Shown here in pieces: positions 8,223-17,120 of a DNA stretch of 64,000 nt. The stretch spans positions 30,939 to 94,938 of the forward strand of contig CAVYDO010000004.1 in NCBI GenBank assembly GCA_963767345.1, written 5' to 3'. The notes below the pieces were generated by a model that had not been told where the DNA came from, did no database searches, and was given only the letters and a program-made list of their open reading frames with translations. This stretch comes from an uncultured Actinomycetota bacterium (GTDB lineage: Bacteria; Actinomycetota; Actinomycetes; Propionibacteriales; Nocardioidaceae). Position 1 is the first letter of the stretch. Each line of letters starts with the position of its first letter. The position numbers and the translations under genes are program-made.

Positions 8223-9046
8223 GCGCCACCGTGCTCAAGCCGGAGACCCGCGGCCACTCCCCCCTCTTCTGGGCGGCCCGCGACGCGCTGCTCATCGCCG
8301 GCAGGGACGTCTCCCACTGGGTCCGCGAGCCGCAGCTGATCCTGTGGACGCTGCTGTTCCCGATCATGTTCGTGCTGCTCTTCGCCTACGTCCTCGGCAG
8401 CTCGATGGTCGTGCCCGGCGGCGGCAGCTACCAGGACTACCTGATGCCCGGCATGTTCGTGCAGACGATGGCCTTCGGCCTCGCGGAGACGGTGATGTCC
8501 GTGCAGGCCGACAACGCGAAGGGCGTGATGGACCGTTTCCGCTCGATGCCGATCGCGCCGTCGGCCGTGGTGGTCGGACGCATCCTGGCCAACCTCCTCT
8601 ACTCCTCGGTGAGCCTGGTCGTGATGATCGGCTGCGGACTGGCCATGGGATGGCGGTGGCACGACGGCGTCGGCGGCCTCCTGGCCGGCGTCCTGCTCCT
8701 GCTCCTGCTCCGGCTGGCGATGATGTGGGTCGGGCTGGTGCTCGGTCTCAAGGCGACCAGCCCGGAGATGGCCAACGCGCTCTTCGGCCTCCTCTACCCG
8801 GTCACGATGCTCAGCAGTGCGTTCGCGAGCCCCGACCTGATGCCGGGCTGGCTCGGCACGATCGCCGAGTGGAACCCCCTCTCGTGGACCATCACCGCGG
8901 TGCGGGACGTCTTCGGCAACCCCTCCGGCGGCGCCGACGGCTTCCTCGCCGACCACGCCGTCCTTCTCGCGTTCGGTTGGCCGGTCGTCGTCTCCGCCCT
9001 CACCCTGCCCCTCGCCGTGCGCGCCTATCGGCGGCTGAGTCGCTGA
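8219..9046 (+). CDS. DrrB-family ABC-2 permease
   Basis: About 6 TM segments; GVMDRFRSMPI and WNPLSWTITAVR; ATGA overlap with the ATPase gene. Confidence 0.9.
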   Translation: MSATVLKPETRGHSPLFWAARDALLIAGRDVSHWVREPQLILWTLLFPIMFVLLFAYVLGSSMVVPGGGSYQDYLMPGMFVQTMAFGLAETVMSVQADNAKGVMDRFRSMPIAPSAVVVGRILANLLYSSVSLVVMIGCGLAMGWRWHDGVGGLLAGVLLLLLLRLAMMWVGLVLGLKATSPEMANALFGLLYPVTMLSSAFASPDLMPGWLGTIAEWNPLSWTITAVRDVFGNPSGGADGFLADHAVLLAFGWPVVVSALTLPLAVRAYRRLSR

Positions 9047-9053
9047 GGAATCT

Positions 9054-9092
9054 GGTCTCGACACGCTCGCTTCGCTCGCGGCTCGACCACCG
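9054..9092. repeat. REP-like element
   Basis: GGTCTCGACACGCTCGCTTCGCTCGCGGCTCGACCACCG; same termini as the coxG copies. Confidence 0.7.
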
Positions 9093-9201
9093 AGAAGCGA
9101 CGGGTGAGGCCGGAGCAGAAGCCGGGAGACTCACAGCACCTCGACACGCGGTGGGAGGTTGTCTCTGAGTCGCTGGAGTGGTCAGAAGCAAGCTCTCCGG
9201 A

Positions 9202-9409
9202 CCGGCGTGAGGTACGAGCCCCGAGAACCGCCGGTCGAGCCGGCGTGAGGTACGAGCCCCGAGAACCGCCGGTCGAGCCGGCGTGAGGTACGAGCCCCGA
9301 GAACCGCCGGTTGAGCCGGCGTGAGGTACGAGCCCCGAGAACCGCCGGTCGAGCCGGCGTGAGGTACGAGCCCCGAGAACCGCCGGTCGAGCCGGCGTGA
9401 GGTACGAGC
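9202..9409. repeat. 38-bp tandem repeat, 5 full units plus a partial
   Basis: Unit CCGGCGTGAGGTACGAGCCCCGAGAACCGCCGGTCGAG, one C>T variant in unit 3, no spacers; runs into a complete REP-like copy at 9385-9423. Confidence 0.95.
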
Positions 9410-9428
9410 GCCGAGTCGAGACCAGACC

Positions 9429-10715
9429 TCAGCGCAGGGCGTCGAGGGCGCGGAGGGCGACGGCGGCGTCGAGACGCAGGTGCGGGTCGCTGGAGAGCGG
9501 GCCGAGGAGCCGCTCGAGCTTGCCGACGCGGTAGCGCATCGTGTTGTAGTGGAAGAACTGGGCGCGGGCGGCCTCGGCGATGTTGAAGTTGGTGTCGATG
9601 AGGACCTGGAGGGTGTTGCGCAGATCGGCGGCCTCGTCGGTGCGGGCGGCCAGCGGTCCGAGCACGTCCTCGGCGAAGTCGCGGAGCTCGGCCTGGTCGG
9701 GCACGAGGGCGATCAGCCGGTGCACGCCGAGGTCGTCGAAGTGGGTGACCGAACCGGGCCCGTGGACCCGCCGGCCGAGCTCGACGGCACGGCGGGCCTG
9801 GGCGTACGCCGCCGACAGGCCGTCGAGACCGGTGGTGACTCGGCTGACGCCGACGGCGAAGCTGCGCCGGCCGCCGCCCCGGTCACCGGCTATGCCCTTG
9901 ACGACCCGGTCGAGCAGGCCGTCCACCTCGGGCAGCAAGGTCGCCACCTCGGAGGAGAAGTCGGCGGTCGGGATGCCGCGACCGGCGTCGCGGGTCACCT
10001 GACGCCAGGCCCTCGCGAACCGGGCCTGCCACTCGCGCTGCTGGCTGCCGGGCACCTGGTCGTCCTCACCCGGCGGGTCGATCTCCGCGCACACGACCCG
10101 CACCGGCCGGTCGAGCCGCCAACCGAAGGTCTCGGCGTGCTCGGCGACCCAGGTCGCGTCGACCGCCCGGCCCAGGAAGAGGTCGCGCAGGAAGTCCGCC
10201 TGGTACTTGTGCTGAACCGCGGCGACCGCCTGCTCCCGGGTGATCACCAGCGCCGCGACGATCGCGACGCGCTCCAGCGCCTGGACGTCGTCGGCGCCGA
10301 TCTCGCCGGAGGCGTCGATCGCGACCAGCCGGCCCAGGTCGCCGTCGCCGGCACGGATCGGCATGCACCTGACCTGCCCGGCCACCGAGTCATTGTCGGA
10401 GGCAACCCGAAGGCCGGCGTCGGGCACCCTCTCCACTCTCAACCGCCCCGTGGGGTCGAGGAGCCCGGCGGCACGCAACCTCGCGCGGAGGACGGCGTCG
10501 ACTCCCCCGGCCGCCATCTCCCGGCCGTCGGTGGAGGTCACCACGATGCCGAGCCCGAGGACGCCGGAGACCTCGATGCTGATCCGCTCGAGGTCGTCGC
10601 CGTCGAGCACCTGGCGGGTCAGCGCCGTGTGGAGGGCGTCGGCGCGGGCCAGCGCGGCCTTCTTCGAGCCCAAACCTTGCCCCTTTCCGACGGTGTTACT
10701 GGCAACTGACGACAA
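9429..10715 (-). CDS. PucR/CdaR-family transcriptional regulator
   Basis: C-terminal HTH LRNTLQVLIDTNFNIAEAARAQFFHYNTMRYRVGKLERLLG; start uncertain (TTG 10715, or TTG 10673 which has an RBS-like GGAAAGGGG). Confidence 0.85.
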   Translation of the reverse strand: MSSVASNTVGKGQGLGSKKAALARADALHTALTRQVLDGDDLERISIEVSGVLGLGIVVTSTDGREMAAGGVDAVLRARLRAAGLLDPTGRLRVERVPDAGLRVASDNDSVAGQVRCMPIRAGDGDLGRLVAIDASGEIGADDVQALERVAIVAALVITREQAVAAVQHKYQADFLRDLFLGRAVDATWVAEHAETFGWRLDRPVRVVCAEIDPPGEDDQVPGSQQREWQARFARAWRQVTRDAGRGIPTADFSSEVATLLPEVDGLLDRVVKGIAGDRGGGRRSFAVGVSRVTTGLDGLSAAYAQARRAVELGRRVHGPGSVTHFDDLGVHRLIALVPDQAELRDFAEDVLGPLAARTDEAADLRNTLQVLIDTNFNIAEAARAQFFHYNTMRYRVGKLERLLGPLSSDPHLRLDAAVALRALDALR

Positions 10716-10750
10716 CTGACACGCTAGCGCGCCGCCGCTACCTTGGCACG

Positions 10751-11521
10751 GTGCCAGCGCTGACCCACGGCTCGATCCCGGCGGCGGCGACGAGCCGCGT
10801 TCGCCGGCGCCTCGCCGCCACCGAGGACGGACCGGTTCGGGTGCTGCACCGCGGCGCGCACGCTCTGTACGTCGATCTGGGTGCCCGCGTCGAGCCGGCG
10901 ACGGACACCCCGGTCCCCGGCGTCGTCGGCATCGTAAGTGCGTCCGCCGCCGCGCTGCCGTTGGCCCTCCGGCTGGCCCGGCCCACCCTCGGCGCGCTGG
11001 CCGGCGCGGACGCCCGCGTCGCGGGGGGCGTGCTCCATCTCGACGACCGGCCGGTGCGGATCACCAGGCTGCTCGGCGCCCGCGTGCCGTCGCTCGCGGC
11101 CGGGTTGCCCGTGCCGGAGGTTCCCGAGGGCGGCGCGCGGCGCCTCCTCGACGCGCTCCCGGCGGTGTCGGCCGAGTCCGTCCCGCGGCTGGTCGGCTCC
11201 GGCCCGGGGCTGACGCCGCTCGGCGACGACGTGCTCTGCGGCTGGCTCGCCTGGCACCGCGCCGCGGGCACGGCGACGGCGGCGGTCGACGACGCCTGCC
11301 GCCGCTCCTGGTCGCGCACAACCACCCTGTCGGCGGCGCTGCTGGCCGACGCGCTGGAGGGCGAGGTGGTGCCCGAGTTCGCGGACCTGGTCGCCTCGCT
11401 CGGCACCCCCGCCGCAGCATCGGCGGCTGCGGCGCTGACCCGCCTCGGCGCGACCTCCGGTGCCGGCATGCTGTACGGCGTCTGGTCGGCTTCGCTCGCG
11501 CACCGGGCGGCCGCGGCATGA
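10751..11521 (+). CDS. DUF2877 protein (AllH/YlbF-like)
   Basis: LVGSGPGLTPLGDDVLCGWL, TTTLSAALL and GATSGAG motifs; coupled to the fdrA-like gene. Confidence 0.8.
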   Translation: MPALTHGSIPAAATSRVRRRLAATEDGPVRVLHRGAHALYVDLGARVEPATDTPVPGVVGIVSASAAALPLALRLARPTLGALAGADARVAGGVLHLDDRPVRITRLLGARVPSLAAGLPVPEVPEGGARRLLDALPAVSAESVPRLVGSGPGLTPLGDDVLCGWLAWHRAAGTATAAVDDACRRSWSRTTTLSAALLADALEGEVVPEFADLVASLGTPAAASAAAALTRLGATSGAGMLYGVWSASLAHRAAAA

Positions 11522-12960
11522 CCGAGCCCGCGGTGCATGTGGAGGTCCGGCCCGGCGCCTACGCCGACTCGGTCGCGCTGCTCGAGGTGAGCCGCCGCGT
11601 GCAAGGAGTCGGCGGTGTCGCCGCCGCACAGGTGGCCATGGCGACCGCCCTCAACCTCGAGGTGCTGACGCAGATGGGCTTCCTCCTGCCCGACGGCACC
11701 TCGCCCAACGACCTGGTGGTCGCGGTCCGGCTCACGCCCGACGCCTCCGACGGCGCACTCGATGCCGCACTCGCGGTCGCCGACGCAGCCCTCGGCGAGC
11801 GCTCGCCCGGCTCCGGCGAGGCGGAGATCGCGCCGCCGCGGACCACGGCGTCCGCGCTGCGCCGTACCCCCGGCGCCCTCGTCCTGGTCTCCGTGCCGGG
11901 CGCGCACGCCTTCGCCGAGGCGATCGACGCCCTCGACGCCGGCAGCGACGTGATGATCTTCAGCGACAACGTGCCGGTCGAGCAGGAGGTCGTGCTCAAG
12001 CGGATCGCCGGCCATCGTGACCTCCTGGTCATGGGACCGGACTGCGGCACAGCGGTCGTCGACGGGCTCGGCCTCGGCTTCGCCAACGCCGTCTCGCCCG
12101 GTCCGGTCGGCGTCGTCGCGGCCTCCGGCACCGGCTGCCAGCAGCTGATGACGCTGCTCGACGCCGCCGGCGTCGGGGTCTCGTACGCGCTCGGAGTCGG
12201 CGGTCGCGACCTGTCCGTCGAGGTGGGCGGACTCTCCGCGCGCGAGGCGCTGCGCCGGCTCGACGCCGACCCCGCCGTCGAGCTCATCGTGCTGGTCTCC
12301 AAGCCGCCCGCACCGGAGGTCGCGGCCGACCTCACGACGTACGCCGAGACGCTGGCCACGCCGGTCGAGCTCGCGCTGCTCGGTGAGGGGCAGCCCGACC
12401 TGAGCGCCGCCGCCGAGAGGGTGCTACGCCGACTCGGCCGGCCCACGCCGTCCTGGGCCCGATGGCTCCCGCCGTCGGCGCGGCAGGCCACCGGCCGCTT
12501 CCTGCGCGGCCTCTACGTCGGCGGGACCCTGAGCGCCGAAGCCGCCCTGATCGCCGCCGACCGCCTCGGTCACGTCGCGACCGCCGCCGGCGCGCTCGAC
12601 CGACCGGGACATGCCGTGGTCGACTTCGGCGCCGACGAGCTGACCGGCGGCCGCGCGCACCCGATGATCGACCCGTCGCTGCGCTCCGCGGAGTTCGAGC
12701 GGCTCGCGGCCGACCCCGACACCGGGGTGCTGCTGCTCGACGTGGTCCTCGGCCACGGCGCCGAGGCCGACCCGGCGGCCGGTCTCGTCCCGCTGGTCGG
12801 AGCCACCGACGTGCCCGTCGTCGTCGCACTGGTCGGCACCGAGCTCGATCCGCAGGTTCGCTCCGACCAGGCGGAGCGGATGGTGGCCGCGGGCGCGGAG
12901 GTCTACGTCTCCAACGCCGACGCGACCCGGCGGGCTCTCGAGCTGCTGGGGGCGTCATGA
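11518..12960 (+). CDS. fdrA: FdrA-family protein (AllF-like, succinyl-CoA synthetase-related fold)
   Basis: YADSVALL, MIFSDNV, MGPDCGT, ASGTGCQ, GVGGRDLS, RAHPMIDP. Confidence 0.88.
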   Translation: MTEPAVHVEVRPGAYADSVALLEVSRRVQGVGGVAAAQVAMATALNLEVLTQMGFLLPDGTSPNDLVVAVRLTPDASDGALDAALAVADAALGERSPGSGEAEIAPPRTTASALRRTPGALVLVSVPGAHAFAEAIDALDAGSDVMIFSDNVPVEQEVVLKRIAGHRDLLVMGPDCGTAVVDGLGLGFANAVSPGPVGVVAASGTGCQQLMTLLDAAGVGVSYALGVGGRDLSVEVGGLSAREALRRLDADPAVELIVLVSKPPAPEVAADLTTYAETLATPVELALLGEGQPDLSAAAERVLRRLGRPTPSWARWLPPSARQATGRFLRGLYVGGTLSAEAALIAADRLGHVATAAGALDRPGHAVVDFGADELTGGRAHPMIDPSLRSAEFERLAADPDTGVLLLDVVLGHGAEADPAAGLVPLVGATDVPVVVALVGTELDPQVRSDQAERMVAAGAEVYVSNADATRRALELLGAS

Positions 12961-14348
12961 CGGTCCCGCGCGTCGTCACCGCCGGAGCCGGCCACCTCGC
13001 CGACGCGGTCGAGGCGCAGGCCGCCGAGGTCACCCGTGTCGACTGGCAGCCGCCGATGACCGGCACGGAGACCGACCTCGGCACCGTGCTGGCCGACCCG
13101 CGGCGGCCGGACGCCAATGCGCGCGCGCTCGCGGCGTTCCTCGCCGTGACCGCGCGGCTGGTGGACGTGGCGCCGGCGAGCGAGCTGCTCGGCCTCGAGC
13201 GAGGGCAGTTCCTCCACGCCGGTCCGCCCATCGACTGGGAGCGCGCCTCCGGTCCGCTCCGCGGTGCGCTGATGGGCGCCGCGGCCCTCGAGGGCCTGGT
13301 CGACGACCCCGAGGACGCCGCCGCCCTCTTCGCGCGGAGCGGGAGCGTGTCCTTCGAGCCCTGCCACCAGCACGCCTCGGTCGGGCCGATGGCCGGTGTG
13401 GTCTCACCGTCGATGTGGATGTGGGTCCTGGAGGACCCGGCGACGGGTCGTCGTACCCACTGCACCCTCAACGAGGGCCTCGGCAAGGTGCTGCGGTACG
13501 GCGCCTACTCGCCCGAGGTGCTCGACCGGCTGCGCTGGATGGGCGACGTCCTCGGGCCCCTGCTCCGGTCCGCCGTACGCGCCGGAGACCGTCCGGACAT
13601 CACGGGCATCCTCACGCAGATGCTGCAGATGGGCGACGAGGCCCACAACCGCAACCGGGCGGGCACACTGATGCTGCTGCGCGACCTCGCGCCGGCAATG
13701 GTCACCTCGAGTCTCGGCGGCGGCTTCGACGCCGGCGACATCGCCCGGGCGATGGCCTTCATCGGCGGCAACGACCACTTCTTCCTCAACCTGGCGATGC
13801 CCGCCTGCAAGCTAGCCCTCGACGCCGCGCGCCGCATCGAGGGCTCGACCATGGTCGTGGCGATGGCCCGCAACGGCACCGACTTCGGCATCCAGGTCGC
13901 CGGCACCGGCGACGAGTGGTTCACGGGTCCAGCGCAGCAGGTCGACGGGCTCTACCTCGGCGACTACGGCCCGGCCGACGCGAACCCCGACATCGGCGAC
14001 TCCGCGATCACCGAGACCGCCGGCATCGGCGGCTTCGCGATGGCCACGGCGCCGGCGATCGTGCGGTTCGTCGGCGGCTCGGTGCCTGACGCGCTGGCCA
14101 CTACGCGGCGCATGCACGAGATCACCCTCGGCGACAACCCGCGCTGGCAGGTGCCGGTCCTCGACTTCCAGGGCACGCCGACCGGCATCGACGTCACCCG
14201 CGTCTGCCGCACCGGCATCCTGCCGCAGATCAACACCGGCATGGCGGGCCGGGTGGCCGGCGTCGGGCAGGTGGGTGCGGGGCTCGTCACCCCGCCTGCC
14301 GAGATCTTCCCGAAGGCGCTCGCCGCCCTCGCCGCCCGCGTTCCCTGA
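12957..14348 (+). CDS. DUF1116 protein (AllG/YlbE-like)
   Basis: ATG at 12957 (ATGA overlap); LHAGPP, VGPMAGVVSPSM, MGDEAHNRN, NDHFFLNL, PDIGDSAITE, INTGMAG. Confidence 0.85.
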   Translation: MTVPRVVTAGAGHLADAVEAQAAEVTRVDWQPPMTGTETDLGTVLADPRRPDANARALAAFLAVTARLVDVAPASELLGLERGQFLHAGPPIDWERASGPLRGALMGAAALEGLVDDPEDAAALFARSGSVSFEPCHQHASVGPMAGVVSPSMWMWVLEDPATGRRTHCTLNEGLGKVLRYGAYSPEVLDRLRWMGDVLGPLLRSAVRAGDRPDITGILTQMLQMGDEAHNRNRAGTLMLLRDLAPAMVTSSLGGGFDAGDIARAMAFIGGNDHFFLNLAMPACKLALDAARRIEGSTMVVAMARNGTDFGIQVAGTGDEWFTGPAQQVDGLYLGDYGPADANPDIGDSAITETAGIGGFAMATAPAIVRFVGGSVPDALATTRRMHEITLGDNPRWQVPVLDFQGTPTGIDVTRVCRTGILPQINTGMAGRVAGVGQVGAGLVTPPAEIFPKALAALAARVP

Positions 14349-14362
14349 CCTGCCGCCGGCGA

Positions 14363-14848
14363 TCACACACGCTCGACGTGGTCGGCGAGATCGAAGGCCG
14401 GGTCGGTGAGGCCGCCGTCCTCGAAGTCGACGAGCCGGCAGGTCTCGCCGTCCCAGAGGACGTTGGCGGGGTCGAGATCGGCGATCCCCAGCGCCGTCAG
14501 CCTCGGGTCTGGCAGGGCGCCCTCGGTTGTCAGCCAGACGCACGCCGCGGCCTGGGCACTGCCGACGAGCGCCGGGTCCTGACACGCCCGGCCGAGCGAC
14601 GCCGTCTGGGCTGAGGTGAGGGGTACGCCGCCCAGCGGCTCCCCCGCCAGCCGCTCCATCACCACGACCGGTGCACCGCCCTCGACCTCCCGGCGCAACG
14701 GCCGAGGCGCCAAGCCCGGTGCGTGCTCGGCGAGCAGAACCAGGCAGGCCCACTCGCGGTCCGCCTCGCCCCTGTCCCAGCTCACGAACCGCTTGCGCAC
14801 CTCGGTGTCCGTGAACCTCAGCTCGTGCGTCTGCGACTGAGTCTGCAC
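14363..14848 (-). pseudogene. Degenerate aminoglycoside-phosphotransferase/choline-kinase-like gene
   Basis: Retains VMERL hinge, ADLDPANVLWD and LVDFEDGG, but stops about 18 aa after DFE and the hinge-to-catalytic-loop distance looks short. Confidence 0.55.
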
Positions 14849-14941
14849 GACATCACCCAAGGGAGGGCCGCCCCGGTCGCCTTGCTTGACGTCAAGCAAG
14901 GCGATCACTACCTCACGTCGTCAGACGCCAGGTCTGCCGGT

Positions 14942-15259
14942 TCAGCCGGTGTCGGGCGGGAGCCAGAGGGCCTTCCTGATGTCGACGCTGCTCGACGGCC
15001 GGAGCGGCGTGCCCTCCTCGAGGTAGGCCTGCCGGGCCTCGCCCTGGTGGCTCGGCGGGAGGGAGCCGTCCGCCCGCACGACGCGCCACCACGGCACCGG
15101 TCCGCCGTGGCGAGCCATCACAGCGGCCACCTGCCGGGGACCGCCGCCGAAGCGGTCCCATAGCGCGTCGGCCAGCGCGCCGTACGTCGTGACCCGCCCG
15201 CGGGGCACCCGCTCGACGAGCGCGAGCACGGCCTCGACGTACTCCTCCCGGTCCGACAT
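14942..15259 (-). CDS. Alkyltransferase-like protein (ATL, MGMT family)
   Basis: VPRGRVTTYG and PWWRVV (Trp in place of the catalytic Cys of PCHR). Confidence 0.88.
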   Translation of the reverse strand: MSDREEYVEAVLALVERVPRGRVTTYGALADALWDRFGGGPRQVAAVMARHGGPVPWWRVVRADGSLPPSHQGEARQAYLEEGTPLRPSSSVDIRKALWLPPDTG

Positions 15260-15285
15260 CCCCGCTCAGCCCGACTCAGCCCGGT

Positions 15286-15816
15286 TCAGTCCGCCGGGAG
15301 CTCGCCGCGCACCAGCGAGAACGCGACTCCCCCGCCGGCGATCGCCAGCAGAGCGGCCGCCAGCCCCGCCAGCCAGATCCCGGGCGGCGGGGGTTGGTCG
15401 CGCAGCCCGACCACCAGGAAGAGCACGAGTGGCGCGGGATAGAGCACACAGAGCCCGCGCCAGGCCCAGCGGCGCGCGAGCACACCGGGGATCGGCGCAG
15501 CGTCGGGCCCGTACGAGGCGACCAGCGCCGCGAGGTGGGCGACCAGTAGGGCGGCGGCGGCCGGGAGCGCCCAGACCGAGAGCCCGTCGCGCAGCCCGAC
15601 ACCCCACCAGGCGACGACCAGGCACAGCACACCGGTGCCGACGGACGACTCGGGGCTGCTGGCGAAGTACGCCGCGAGCAGGGCGACCACGACCACCAGC
15701 CACGGGGCCGGCCAGTTGCCGGCTCCGCCCGTCGCGAGCACCGCGGCGACCGGCCCCAGCAGGATCGGCAGCCGCACGGCCCACTGGCCCGCGCTCCAGC
15801 CCCGCCGGCCCGTCAT
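15286..15816 (-). CDS. Multi-pass membrane protein of the MoxR operon
   Basis: C-terminal part of ORF 15286..17061 from MTGRRGWSAGQ; several hydrophobic segments; ATGA overlap with DUF58. Confidence 0.65.
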   Translation of the reverse strand: MTGRRGWSAGQWAVRLPILLGPVAAVLATGGAGNWPAPWLVVVVALLAAYFASSPESSVGTGVLCLVVAWWGVGLRDGLSVWALPAAAALLVAHLAALVASYGPDAAPIPGVLARRWAWRGLCVLYPAPLVLFLVVGLRDQPPPPGIWLAGLAAALLAIAGGGVAFSLVRGELPAD

Positions 15817-17120
15817 CGCCGCACCACCTGCGGGAGCGCCGCGCGCCGGGCCAGCCTGCGCAGGACCTCGTCGAGGCTGCGCGGACCCCGCCAGGCGACG
15901 ACCGGACAGCCGCCCGCTGCCAGCTGCTCGAGCAGCAGCCGCCGCTCCAGGAGCAGCATCCGCCAGGCGACCATGGCGCGGTCGGCCGGATAGCCCTCGC
16001 TGGCCTCCGGGGTCACGTCGTCGGGCAGCGTGTCGACCACCAGGACCGGGATCCCCCTCCGCATGAGCGAGGCCGTCGACGCCGCCACGCTCTCGTTGAG
16101 CATGGCGGTCAGCCAGATCACCGTCGTGCCGGCACCCACCTTGAGCCGGATCGCGTCGCCGGCCGATCGGTCCAGGTGCTCGCGCGGAGTGCCGGCGCGG
16201 ATCTGTGCGAGGGTGCCCAGAATGCGGCGCAGGTGCCGGGTGCCGGCGCCGAGACCGAGCTGCTGCCCGCTGCCGCCGACCACCTGCAGACCGACCCGGT
16301 CCCCGACGCGGGCATGATGCTCCGCCAGCGCCGCGGCCGCGCGCACGGCCCGGTCGAGACAGCTCTCCGCACCGTCGATCCCACCCGATCGGCCGTAGTC
16401 GGCGAAGGCGTCCAGCCCGATCAGCACGGCGCTGTCCTCCTCGCCGCGAGTGTCGACCACGTGCAGCTCCCGGCTCCGCAGGGACACCCGCCAGTCGATC
16501 CGGCGCAGCCGGTCGCCGGCGTGGAAGGGACGGATGCCGGAGAACTCGGTGCCGGTGCCCACCCGGGCGGACCGGTAGGCGCCCACGAGGCCGTCGGGGG
16601 CCGGCATCTCGGCGCCCGAGTCGAAGGGTGCGGTGCGCGGCAGCGCCACGAGCTCCTGGCCGGTGAGCACCACCGGCCCGAACCGGAAGCCCGCCCAGCG
16701 CGTGTAGAGCGCCACCCGCTCCTCCGCGACCAGCCGCCGGCCCCACCGGCGCGGGCTGATGGCCACATCGAGGGGCGCGGCATCGCCGGCGTACGTCGCG
16801 CTCACGACGCCGCGGTAGGGCTTCAGACCGAGGAAGGGCACCGCGCCGACGACGCGGACCACGTGGTCGACGTCGCCGTCGTCGGTCAGCTCGAGACTCG
16901 AGACGGTGCCCTGGCCCTCGTGCAGGACGCGGTGCCCGACCCGGTTGGCCACGGTGGGATGCCCGGCGGGCAGGTGCACCAGACCGAACCCCGCGCACAG
17001 CGCGATCGGCGCGACCAGGACGACCAGCACCGGGTCGCCCAGGAGCACCGCGAGCGCGCACCCCACGCTGCCGACCAGCAGCGCCCGGGCGAGAGCCGGG
17101 GTGGGACGCCAGACCCTCAC
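15813..17120 (-). CDS. DUF58 domain protein
   Basis: EFSGIRPFHAGDRLRRIDWRVS; follows MoxR. Confidence 0.88.
   Translation of the reverse strand: MRVWRPTPALARALLVGSVGCALAVLLGDPVLVVLVAPIALCAGFGLVHLPAGHPTVANRVGHRVLHEGQGTVSSLELTDDGDVDHVVRVVGAVPFLGLKPYRGVVSATYAGDAAPLDVAISPRRWGRRLVAEERVALYTRWAGFRFGPVVLTGQELVALPRTAPFDSGAEMPAPDGLVGAYRSARVGTGTEFSGIRPFHAGDRLRRIDWRVSLRSRELHVVDTRGEEDSAVLIGLDAFADYGRSGGIDGAESCLDRAVRAAAALAEHHARVGDRVGLQVVGGSGQQLGLGAGTRHLRRILGTLAQIRAGTPREHLDRSAGDAIRLKVGAGTTVIWLTAMLNESVAASTASLMRRGIPVLVVDTLPDDVTPEASEGYPADRAMVAWRMLLLERRLLLEQLAAGGCPVVAWRGPRSLDEVLRRLARRAALPQVVRR

Noticed and set aside
9202-9409. CRISPR array
   Set aside because: Units are contiguous with no unique spacers, and there are no cas genes.
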